Under the pieces are notes generated by a model. That model made no database searches. It was not told where the DNA came from and saw only the letters and a list, made by a program, of their open reading frames with translations. This document shows positions 8,990-17,245 of a DNA stretch of 64,000 bases, piece by piece. A program made the translations under genes and the position numbers. How positions within the stretch are numbered: position 1 is the first letter of the stretch; the number at the start of each line of letters is the position of its first letter. The stretch comes from a virus (taxonomy: Duplodnaviria; Heunggongvirae; Uroviricota; Caudoviricetes), in the IMG/VR virus record IMGVR_UViG_3300027977_000006, one strand, 5' to 3'.

Positions 8990-9673
8990 TTATTCATCTA
9001 ACACCCACCCCATTTTTTCATATTCGTATAATTCTTCTTCATATATTTCTTTAGTTTCCTTAAAATTTAAAACACCCCTTTTATGGATATCACCACACAT
9101 AACCATATCACAACCTTCAAATATATCTAAATTATACCCATGTTCTATTTCATAACCTATATCAGTAGTTGAACCTATTAGCGGAGCATGAAATAAACCA
9201 ATATATGTTTTATCATCACCGAAAGCAAGTCTTGCAGACTCAATATCTGGTCTTAAATTACCTTCAAAAATAGAATAAACACACCATACTATATTATCAT
9301 CCAAATAACATTTGCTCTCTTTAAAAAAGTTTATATTGTTGTCTGGTAGAAATTGAACCATCGGTGTGATACTGTCCATACGGTCTTTATTATTCTCTAA
9401 AAGGTCATGATTGCCAGCTATTATAATAACTGGTGCTATCTTTTCAAGAGACCTTAAAAGCCATGTACCTAGAATAAGTTGTTCGTTAGAGATTACGATT
9501 TTTTGGTGAACTAAGTCACCAGCTATCACAATTCTTACTTCATCTCTTTGATAATCTTTTACTAGTTCAGATATATCGTATAAGAGCTTTTTAAACACGT
9601 CTTTATACTCATCGTGAAGTCTATATGTTCTGATATGAATATCAGCCATATGTATAATTTTTTTTACTGTCAT
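8990..9673 (-). CDS. sbcD: SbcD/Mre11 metallophosphoesterase, N-terminal fragment (start reassigned to MTVKK)
   Basis: Motifs ADIH, AGDLVH, AGNHD, LFH, GDIH; stops 30 aa after GDIH; promoter at 9688-9719. Confidence 0.9.
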   Translation of the reverse strand: MTVKKIIHMADIHIRTYRLHDEYKDVFKKLLYDISELVKDYQRDEVRIVIAGDLVHQKIVISNEQLILGTWLLRSLEKIAPVIIIAGNHDLLENNKDRMDSITPMVQFLPDNNINFFKESKCYLDDNIVWCVYSIFEGNLRPDIESARLAFGDDKTYIGLFHAPLIGSTTDIGYEIEHGYNLDIFEGCDMVMCGDIHKRGVLNFKETKEIYEEELYEYEKMGWVLDE

Positions 9674-9687
9674 TAGTATACTTTTTA

Positions 9688-9719
9688 CAAATATACTAAA
9701 AAACTCAGTAAAACACAAC
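9688..9719 (-). promoter_or_regulatory. Bacteroidetes-type promoter of sbcD
   Basis: GTTG-N20-TATATTTG. Confidence 0.72.
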
Positions 9720-9723
9720 TAAT

Positions 9724-9903
9724 TTAATAAATAAAATCGTCACGGTCAAAATGGTCGTCTTTTCCTTGATTTTTATCGTGGAATTTTTTACTAATTTCTT
9801 CACGTTTTTTCTTGTAGGCTTCTTTTAATGTTTTATCTTCCTTCCAAGGCTTTTGTTTAATAAACCTACCCAAAAATTCTCTTAAGTTTGTAACCTTTTT
9901 CAT
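9724..9903 (-). CDS. Small basic hypothetical protein, 59 aa, not in the ORF track (MKKVTNLREFLGRF...DDFIY)
   Basis: Hand translation; ATG 3 nt after the glycosyltransferase stop; fills the gap. Confidence 0.6.
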   Translation of the reverse strand: MKKVTNLREFLGRFIKQKPWKEDKTLKEAYKKKREEISKKFHDKNQGKDDHFDRDDFIY

Positions 9904-9905
9904 TG

Positions 9906-10919
9906 TTAATTATTTATTGTTGAGAGCCAAATTTTCTTGGCTTTTTTATTGTACCATTTAAGATATAATTTTTGAATAATTGACACTAATTTTGGATTAT
10001 TGTACGCAAAACGTAATTTACTAAAAATATCGTCATGCGATGTTGGTGTCGCTTTCAAAAAGTTTGGCATCCAGTCAATATCTTTTGAAACAACTATTGG
10101 TCTATCAACCGAAACAACATCAGCAGTTACTATGTTGAACGACTCCGTTAACGATACCTGCATACAAACATCCATCGTAGCTAAAACTTTTAAAAACTCA
10201 AAATGGTTGTACCAACCATGCTCAACCAATGTATGGGGTGAATGTTCAAATAGAGCTTGTAAATTTTTCAACACATTGTTTCCGTTTTGTTCTAATCTAC
10301 TTGAATTGATGTGGAACCTTAATTCTTTATTAATAGACTCGGAAAAATCAATAGCAACCAAAGCTTGTTGGTAAATATTTTTAAGCGGTCTAACAGCACC
10401 AAAACAACCAATATCTATGGTGTTATCGTCTTTATTTACATTTGATTTAACGATTTTCTTTGGAAAATAAACATTAGGTAGGTATGTGAATGTTCCGAAA
10501 GGAAACGCAATAGACAATTGCTGTGTTAATTCTATTGTATTAGGCGCTAATTCAACCACTCCGTTTTTAATTAATGTATACTCACCAATCCATTTAGTGG
10601 CTAGTCCTTCCATACTTAAAAATGGAGCTTTAGAATGAATTCTTACTATCCATCTTCTATCTTTGTGTCTTGAAATGTTAAATAATTCATGAAACTTATA
10701 TGGCGGCACCCAAAGAGCCTCAATCACCACAATTGTCGGATTGTATTCAGTAACAACCCTATCTATTGAATTTGAATCTGGGATGGAAATTAGCTTCGCC
10801 TCATATCCTTTTTTTTTTAAAAATGAAACAACAAAAGAAGCGGAATTAAACAAACCAGAAGTTATACCATAAGAGTCTTTCACTTTATCAGAACTAATGA
10901 AAAGAATTTTATTTGTCAT
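9906..10919 (-). CDS. GT-B fold glycosyltransferase (GT4-like)
   Basis: IGCFGAVRPLKN and SLTESFNIVTAD nucleotide-sugar binding motifs. Confidence 0.8.
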   Translation of the reverse strand: MTNKILFISSDKVKDSYGITSGLFNSASFVVSFLKKKGYEAKLISIPDSNSIDRVVTEYNPTIVVIEALWVPPYKFHELFNISRHKDRRWIVRIHSKAPFLSMEGLATKWIGEYTLIKNGVVELAPNTIELTQQLSIAFPFGTFTYLPNVYFPKKIVKSNVNKDDNTIDIGCFGAVRPLKNIYQQALVAIDFSESINKELRFHINSSRLEQNGNNVLKNLQALFEHSPHTLVEHGWYNHFEFLKVLATMDVCMQVSLTESFNIVTADVVSVDRPIVVSKDIDWMPNFLKATPTSHDDIFSKLRFAYNNPKLVSIIQKLYLKWYNKKAKKIWLSTINN

Positions 10920-10977
10920 AGTTTTTAAATATAATTATCTATTAAAAGAGTAAAGTAATAAAAAAAAGAAAATAATT

Positions 10978-12765
10978 TTATCCGTTTTTTATAATATTAT
11001 AGTGATGCATCTCAATAAGCTGCTTAGCCTCTTTTTTAAGATACATTATTTGTATTTTTTGAAATGATTGTTTTTCTTTGTCCCAATACAAAACATAAAT
11101 CTGTCGACACTTTCTTTTAGGGAACTCTAACTCGTACATATAAGCATATACACTTAACTGCAAAGTGTACACAGACCATTGACAAGCTTGAAGATGCTCA
11201 AAAGGTTTTAATAGCGTTTCATAACCATATGGGTTATAAAAATTAAAAACACGATTTGTATTATGTGTTACAATAAAACTATGACCGAATAAAAATGTAT
11301 GTTTTGGGCTCTTGACCTCAATACATATCGTTGGCTCTGATTCTACTTTATTAACTGATACAATATTTATATGATGACAAAAACTATTTCTAAATTCAAT
11401 ATTTATATCTTGATTTCTAACTAAAAATGGGTTTAAATAATGTGAGGTAAAACAAACATCGTAAGCAATAAATGTTTTACCACTTAATTTTCGGTTAGTT
11501 GTTATGATTGTTGCTTTAAGCCCCAAGCTAGACACTAACATATTTATTGCATTGGCTTGCCATTTTCTGGTAGTTGACATGACAAACCTATTTCTTTTTT
11601 TATTATAATACCCATCAGCATCCATAAGCCCTCTTAACACATCTAATCTTTGATTGAAAGATGAATTTAAAAAAACATCTGGTAATTGTTTATTTTTTAA
11701 TACTCCAAGCTTATTCAATTCATGTGTCAAACCAAAAATAGTTCTAGTACTAGCCAAACCAGAACCACCACCAGAGATATCCTCCCCAATTTTATAACCT
11801 CTTTTTTCTATTTCAGACCACACATTTTCATCCATGTTTGTTATTTTCCCATCAGCTGAATGTCCATCACCTAACCAAACACCAAAAACATATGGGTCTA
11901 TTGGTAAATTAGCTATATCGATTTCTAATGGTCTAGCGCAAACAATTTTAGGTATTTTCCAAGAATATCTTTTTTTACCTTTTGGTAAAGTTTTCATGTA
12001 ATCAAATAACTCTATTGTTGTCATAACAACATCTTTATATTTTTTTTCTCTTAAAAAAGAAACTAACCATCTATGTTCAAAATCAGAAACTATTTTTTCA
12101 CCAGTATCAAAAGTAATTTCGTAACAATCTTTATTTTTAATGTCTGATATTGCTTTAATTTCTGTTTGACACCCATCACTATCAAAAACTTTGTCTTCTA
12201 ATGTCAATGTTCCCATTGTTTTCCACCCATTAGACGTAAATATTGGAGTGTTTAATGGTAACCCTTTATAATCAGCAACATCAAAAAAGACATCATTTAT
12301 ATCAATAATCAAGTCTGAAGTACCAGCAAGTTCGTATTGTTCAGAAAACAATATTCTTTCTGGCCACATCGCATCGCCTTCTTCAATATTCAACGCATTG
12401 TAACCGTCAATAACTTTTTGTTCAAAGATACCCTCTTCATTGTCTTCTGGAAAATACCACTTATTCGCAAGTAAATAACGCTCAACAATATCATGAACCT
12501 TGCTACCGTATACGTTAGCTTCATCATTCAACAACTGCCAATAATCCAAAATTTGTTGTTGAGACAAACCAATATAGCGTTCTTGTTTAACGTTATCAGG
12601 TTGTCTTGTAATAGCCAACGAAACACCTTCAGCATCAAAATGTGGTTCAATTGATGACAAAGTAGTTGTAACTGATTTGTATATCTTACCAGTCTCTCTA
12701 TGATGATATTTATGTTGTATCGGTTCTAAGTAAATTATTGATTCCCACTTTTTAATTTTAGCCAT
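10978..12765 (-). CDS. PD-(D/E)XK exonuclease-like protein containing an intein (start reassigned to MAKIKKW)
   Basis: SVTT, GSKVH, PERILF, LAGTSD, DYK|T, YTLQLSVYAY motifs; promoter 5 nt upstream of the ATG. Confidence 0.85.
   Translation of the reverse strand: MAKIKKWESIIYLEPIQHKYHHRETGKIYKSVTTTLSSIEPHFDAEGVSLAITRQPDNVKQERYIGLSQQQILDYWQLLNDEANVYGSKVHDIVERYLLANKWYFPEDNEEGIFEQKVIDGYNALNIEEGDAMWPERILFSEQYELAGTSDLIIDINDVFFDVADYKGLPLNTPIFTSNGWKTMGTLTLEDKVFDSDGCQTEIKAISDIKNKDCYEITFDTGEKIVSDFEHRWLVSFLREKKYKDVVMTTIELFDYMKTLPKGKKRYSWKIPKIVCARPLEIDIANLPIDPYVFGVWLGDGHSADGKITNMDENVWSEIEKRGYKIGEDISGGGSGLASTRTIFGLTHELNKLGVLKNKQLPDVFLNSSFNQRLDVLRGLMDADGYYNKKRNRFVMSTTRKWQANAINMLVSSLGLKATIITTNRKLSGKTFIAYDVCFTSHYLNPFLVRNQDINIEFRNSFCHHINIVSVNKVESEPTICIEVKSPKHTFLFGHSFIVTHNTNRVFNFYNPYGYETLLKPFEHLQACQWSVYTLQLSVYAYMYELEFPKRKCRQIYVLYWDKEKQSFQKIQIMYLKKEAKQLIEMHHYNIIKNG
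11260..12264 (-). mobile_element. Class 3 intein (335 aa, Gly start) with LAGLIDADG endonuclease
   Basis: GLPLNTPI..EHRW..GVWLGDG..RGLMDADG..PTICIEV..VTHN|T; WCT triad. Confidence 0.88.
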
Positions 12766-12770
12766 ATTCG

Positions 12771-12810
12771 CAAATATACGATAGTTTGTTATGGTATGCA
12801 AGTATTTATA
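12771..12810. promoter_or_regulatory. Back-to-back divergent promoters
   Basis: Minus CTTG-N20-TATATTTG (12771-12802) abuts plus-strand TATTTATA (12803-12810). Confidence 0.7.
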
Positions 12811-12822
12811 ATAAAAGTTACC

Positions 12823-13320
12823 ATGAGTCAATTAGTTAAAAAATTATTACGTGAAGCTTTAACTGTACCATCGTTTAGGGTACCAAAAGATATAAAATTT
12901 AGCAATGATGAAAAACTAGCAATAAAAAATGTTAGTTGGGAAGACCTTAAAATAGAAGATTTAGGTGGTTCTGGAAATATTGCTCATTTAGGTGTCAACC
13001 TACCATTTGAATCAGCCGCATCGGATGCTATTGTTGTTGATATTCAAGTGATTAAAGATATGATATATCAAATACATATGCATTTGCCAGAAGATTTAAG
13101 AGGATTAGGGTTAGGGTATAAAATATACAAAGCGGTTATACATGATTTAGGACATTTGTACTCTGGTAAAGGTAGACGATTAAACCAAATGGTTGCAAAA
13201 ATATGGGATAAATTAAAAAACGACCCAGATTTTGAATGTGTTTCAAGTGAATTAGGCGATTTGTGCATGATTAAAAATCATCCTAACAAAGAAGAACTAA
13301 CTCAATTCGTTGTAGGTTAA
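12823..13320 (+). CDS. GNAT-like acetyltransferase; only credible plus-strand gene (start MSQLVKKLLREAL)
   Basis: Acetyl-CoA motif A LPEDLRGLGLGYKIY and AKIWDKL; TATTTATA 12 nt upstream. Confidence 0.65.
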   Translation: MSQLVKKLLREALTVPSFRVPKDIKFSNDEKLAIKNVSWEDLKIEDLGGSGNIAHLGVNLPFESAASDAIVVDIQVIKDMIYQIHMHLPEDLRGLGLGYKIYKAVIHDLGHLYSGKGRRLNQMVAKIWDKLKNDPDFECVSSELGDLCMIKNHPNKEELTQFVVG

Positions 13321-14253
13321 TTGTCTGGCACTCATTAACAGTTTGACAATACCTTTTGGACCTAACTTTTCGTATATTTTTGATGGGTCGTAACCTTCAG
13401 GGCATTTGGCTAATTTTATCCTACCATAAAGATTTCCAAAATTTAGCTGTCTGTATAAATTTACCGCATCTTCATAAGCATCGTCATCAAGGACTATGAC
13501 TATGTAGCTAGTGGCTCTTTCATAAATCAAATCTAGTAGTTTTGGTGATATAAATTTACCCAATAAAGGTATTGAATTCGGTGTGACAATATGGTCAGTC
13601 ACACCTTCTACCAAATAAATGGTCGCATCAAAGTTTATTTTACCTTCATTAAAAATTATTTCTTGTTTTTCCGCTTCTGGGTTTAGATACTTTAATTTTG
13701 TTTTTTCCTTGGCGAACCATCTTGCAATAAAATAGTTTAATTTTCCTTCAGAATCGTAAGACGGAATGATTATTCTATTAAAGTATGTTCCTCGTATTGT
13801 GTAACCAATTTGGAACTCTTTTATAATCTCATCGGTTATTCCACGTTCTCTCAAGTATCTCAAAGCCAAATCAGCTTTGTAATCCATGCTTGAACACAAT
13901 GATAATTTTTTATAACCTTCTGGTAGTGTTACTATAATCTCTTTGTGTTCCTTGTCGTGTGTTTCATTAGCATCTGGCTTTACCAGCAAATAATCACGAA
14001 TATTCCTTGGTGATGCATACCTTTTAAGTAGCTTCATTACTGGGCCATGCATGTTGTTGGTGTCTTGACAAGCCCAGCATTTAAACACATTCCTTTGATA
14101 ATTAATCTCTAGATTGCCTTTTCCATCACCTTCTGGCATTCCTTTGTCCTCTGAACACGCAGGGCAATCAAAAGATACTTGACCAGTATCTTCATTATGT
14201 TTTCTATGTTCGCCTAGAAACCCTTCTAAAATGTTAACCAATAAATGTGACAT
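13297..14253 (-). CDS. dnaG: DNA primase (Zn finger + TOPRIM)
   Basis: CPAC..CWAC; YLRERGI; RIIIP; KYLNP; LVEGVTD; VLDDDA. Confidence 0.9.
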   Translation of the reverse strand: MSHLLVNILEGFLGEHRKHNEDTGQVSFDCPACSEDKGMPEGDGKGNLEINYQRNVFKCWACQDTNNMHGPVMKLLKRYASPRNIRDYLLVKPDANETHDKEHKEIIVTLPEGYKKLSLCSSMDYKADLALRYLRERGITDEIIKEFQIGYTIRGTYFNRIIIPSYDSEGKLNYFIARWFAKEKTKLKYLNPEAEKQEIIFNEGKINFDATIYLVEGVTDHIVTPNSIPLLGKFISPKLLDLIYERATSYIVIVLDDDAYEDAVNLYRQLNFGNLYGRIKLAKCPEGYDPSKIYEKLGPKGIVKLLMSARQLTYNELS

Positions 14254-14257
14254 TCCA

Positions 14258-14289
14258 CAAAGGTATTAAATAAAATCGAGAAAACCAAA
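14258..14289 (-). promoter_or_regulatory. Bacteroidetes-type promoter 4 nt from the primase ATG
   Basis: TTTG-N20-TACCTTTG-TGGA-ATG. Confidence 0.75.
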
Positions 14290-14327
14290 TAATATGGTTA
14301 TATAAATAGAGTAATAAAAAGAGATAA

Positions 14328-14984
14328 TTAATTATCTCTTTTTTTATTTTGATTAAACCATGCTAAACCACATGTATAAGCATCACTCATGTCAAAATTT
14401 TCTTTTTTTAATTTATTGTGTTTATCTAAAATCCATTTTATTTGGGGTTCTAAATCACATACTTTTTCAAATATTACCATTTTTTTATCCACATCGAATG
14501 GGTAATCTCCAAATAAAACTGGTTCGTTTTTGGCTATTTGTTTTTCTGATAACGGGGTGCCATCTTTTTTAGCTTTTCTAACAGCCATTAATTCTGGAAA
14601 CGCATATTTACGAGCATCATATGATGAAATAAAATCTGGTACTATACCTATTGTGTCAAACACAGATTTTGATATCATACCGTTAAAACGTAAAAGAGTT
14701 GCAATTGTATATACGTTATTTGATTGAAGAAGCGGTTCTTCAATGATAACTTTTGTAATACCAAAATCAGCGTATTTGTTTAAAAATTCAGTCTGGAAGA
14801 TTTCAACTTTTTTAAAAAGTTCTTCCATTTTGTTTTCTGGTTTTGGGTTTACCTTTGGGCTAACGTGATGTAATAATTTAAGTTCGCCATTATCTCCTAA
14901 ATCCTCAAACAAAGCGATGCCTATTGTGGATGTTGACACATCCAGACTTAACAAAAACTCTGGGTTATTATTTTTTTTATCCAT
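14328..14984 (-). CDS. RuvC-like Holliday junction resolvase (start reassigned to MDKKNNN)
   Basis: LSLDVSTSTIG, VIIEEP, FDMSDAY acidic catalytic motifs of the RNase H/RuvC fold. Confidence 0.8.
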   Translation of the reverse strand: MDKKNNNPEFLLSLDVSTSTIGIALFEDLGDNGELKLLHHVSPKVNPKPENKMEELFKKVEIFQTEFLNKYADFGITKVIIEEPLLQSNNVYTIATLLRFNGMISKSVFDTIGIVPDFISSYDARKYAFPELMAVRKAKKDGTPLSEKQIAKNEPVLFGDYPFDVDKKMVIFEKVCDLEPQIKWILDKHNKLKKENFDMSDAYTCGLAWFNQNKKRDN

Positions 14985-14994
14985 TCTAACTTGT

Positions 14995-15735
14995 TTATTT
15001 TTTATGCTTCCAGATAAAACCACCAGAAGTTTTAATTTTATTATTAGTACACTGTCTTATTGATTTAGCTGATAAGTTTAAAACATTTGCAGCTGTAGTT
15101 GCACTACCAAATTCCCGTATGAACTCACCGTTTTTGGTATATTGTTCAACTGGTTTAGCGTTTGGGTGTTTATCACCAGTAAATTGCCCTTTATGTGCCA
15201 CACTTAGCTTTTTCTTTAGTTCGATTGCTTTTTTTTCACCATAAAAGTCACCATAAGTTTTACCATCTTTTTCAGATATACGACCTTTACATGATTCACT
15301 TAATTTTTTTTTGTGTTCTTCACTTCTTGGTTCACCTGTATTCATCCAAGAAAGTGGTTTACCTTTTCTTATTTCAGACATTTGTTTTATTTGTTCTGGT
15401 GTTTTTTTAACACCTAAAGAACTACCAGCAATTTTACATATATTATAACCTAAATCAACGTTATATGATTCGTACAAATCTAAATAATATTGTTCTCTAA
15501 GTAATAATGTTTCTTTTGTAAATTCTTCAATTATCTCTAATATTTCAAAAACAAATGAGTCTTCACCATATTTATTCCACGCTCTTTGTAAATGTCTAGA
15601 ATGGTGTTTATTTTGTCTTAAATCATTTAAATGATATGACCATCTTTTTTTAAAACCACATTTATTTCCAGTACTACCAATATAAACTTTATTGTTAGCC
15701 AGATTAACTATTTTATAAACACCATTATTTTTCAT
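14995..15735 (-). mobile_element. GIY-YIG homing endonuclease with NUMOD3/NUMOD1-like DNA-binding modules
   Basis: GVYKIVN..KVYIGS..RW..H..LQRAWNKYG..REQYYLD..GYN; SEEHKKKLS repeats; KPVEQY..GEFIREF..GGFIWK. Confidence 0.9.
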
Positions 15736-15874
15736 AAAAATATTTATTTAATAATCTTTCAATAAATTCCGATTTATTATTAGTTTCATAATTAATTTTT
15801 TCATATAATTCTCTAGATATAGTTACACCTAATCTAATTTTTTTATCTTCTTCTTTTAATTTTGGTCTTGCCAT
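15725..15874 (-). CDS. 49 aa ribbon-helix-helix-like DNA-binding protein, not in the ORF track (MARPKLKEEDKKIRLGVTISRELYEKINYETNNKSEFIERLLNKYFYEK)
   Basis: Hand translation; alternating beta strand RLGVTI, helix, NKSEFIE helix; TATTTATA upstream; stop overlaps the GIY-YIG start. Confidence 0.72.
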   Translation of the reverse strand: MARPKLKEEDKKIRLGVTISRELYEKINYETNNKSEFIERLLNKYFYEK

Positions 15875-15937
15875 AATATTTATCTTTATTATAAATATGT
15901 TGATAAAACCAAAAAGTTGTATTTAAATGAAATTTTT

Positions 15938-15985
15938 TCATGTTGACACATCCAAGGCCAATATAAAATTTGGTTCTTTTTGCAT
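15938..15985 (-). pseudogene. Orphan 5' stub of the resolvase gene (MQKEPNFILALDVST*)
   Basis: Paralogous to the resolvase N-terminus (NPEFLLSLDVST); 15-bp direct repeat ATGTTGACACATCCA at 14930-14944 and 15940-15954. Confidence 0.8.
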
Positions 15986-16029
15986 ATATTTTTAATACCA
16001 ATCTAAGAACCGTTGTTGAAAGGTAAAGA

Positions 16030-17232
16030 TTATAAATTTATTTTTACACTTAAAGCCAAAAATTCATTTATATTTTTTGTAACTTGTCTATCAGTTTTAG
16101 CAACAGCTAATAAATTACCCAAGTTATCATATAACCCAACTTCCGAAATTCTGACAACATCTGAACCTGAGAATGTTGGATTTGTGGATATTCCAAATTC
16201 ACCTCTAGCAGCAATACATGTTATATTTTGATATATTGATGTTGATATGCTGTCAAATGTTACAGTAGCAGCTGTTAAAGTAACTGAATCATAATCTGTA
16301 ATAATCTGAGGATTCGTGATGACCACAAAGCCTTTATCAAGATATGCAATACCAACAATGGTGTCAGCAGTGGTTGCGAGACTGCTATTCGTTTGTAAGT
16401 TGTAAAGTTGTTTACCATTAACACTAAAAGGTTTTGTAGTACCATAACCAGTTGCCCAGCTTAATGAACCAGAACCGCCATTTGGTGTTGTTATGTTATC
16501 AGAAAACAACATTGCAATGTTATCATCTAGATAATCAGTTACTACTGATGTGTCTCTTATGTTAGCGTCTTGAACTAATAAAGAACTTCCATCATTTTGG
16601 AATGTACTGTATATGGTATATGTACCAGCACTAGTGGGTAATTCTATTTTTACTGTTTTACCATCAATACACTCACCATAATTAGCATTGTTTATTCCTA
16701 AAACTAATATATTTGTTTGTGCTATTGCACTCAATGCTGTATCTGAATAACCACCACTAGCAAAAGTAATTCCAGTATATGTCTCGTCATCAGATGAATT
16801 CAAAGGTAAACCAAATGAATAAAATAGATTCACCAAAGCGTCTGTATTATAATCATTTCTGTCAATTAATACTTGCGTTAAATTACTACCGCTAACAGTT
16901 GTAAATCCGTTTGAAAGCAAATCCGTAGATATTGTGATTGATTGCTGTTCTACTGGTTTTCTTAATAAACCACTAGGATTTACAATTATTGGAGATTTTA
17001 TTCTGGCGTTTTGAGCTGTGCTATTACTAAAAGTTGCGTTTGCACCAATTTCACCAGCTTCAGCTGGAATTTCACCAGTTGATAAAGTCAATGGAACGTA
17101 ATAGTTTGCGTCTGAATCCCCCAAAGAAAATGTGGCGATAAGCGCATTGTTTGTAGATACCATTTTTTGCCTACCTAGTGGTGTTAACTTAGCTGTTAAC
17201 GTAATTGTATTTGCTGTTGATAAAAATCCCAT
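16030..17232 (-). CDS. Virion protein, tail-collar/fibre-base-like
   Basis: AKLTPLGRQKM..FSLGDSD at the N-terminus, RISEVGLYDNLGNLLAVAK at the C-terminus; Thr/Ser rich. Confidence 0.6.
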   Translation of the reverse strand: MGFLSTANTITLTAKLTPLGRQKMVSTNNALIATFSLGDSDANYYVPLTLSTGEIPAEAGEIGANATFSNSTAQNARIKSPIIVNPSGLLRKPVEQQSITISTDLLSNGFTTVSGSNLTQVLIDRNDYNTDALVNLFYSFGLPLNSSDDETYTGITFASGGYSDTALSAIAQTNILVLGINNANYGECIDGKTVKIELPTSAGTYTIYSTFQNDGSSLLVQDANIRDTSVVTDYLDDNIAMLFSDNITTPNGGSGSLSWATGYGTTKPFSVNGKQLYNLQTNSSLATTADTIVGIAYLDKGFVVITNPQIITDYDSVTLTAATVTFDSISTSIYQNITCIAARGEFGISTNPTFSGSDVVRISEVGLYDNLGNLLAVAKTDRQVTKNINEFLALSVKINL

Positions 17233-17245
17233 ATCTTAATTATCT

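Noticed and set aside
8017-8990. Group I intron explaining the sbcD break
   Set aside because: The endonuclease overlaps the downstream half and only ~65 AT-rich nt lie upstream, leaving no room or P/Q/R/S-like core
10978-12765. Cas4 / CRISPR adaptation gene
   Set aside because: Lacks the four-Cys Fe-S arrangement and any cas context; a generic phage PD-(D/E)XK exonuclease is the simpler call
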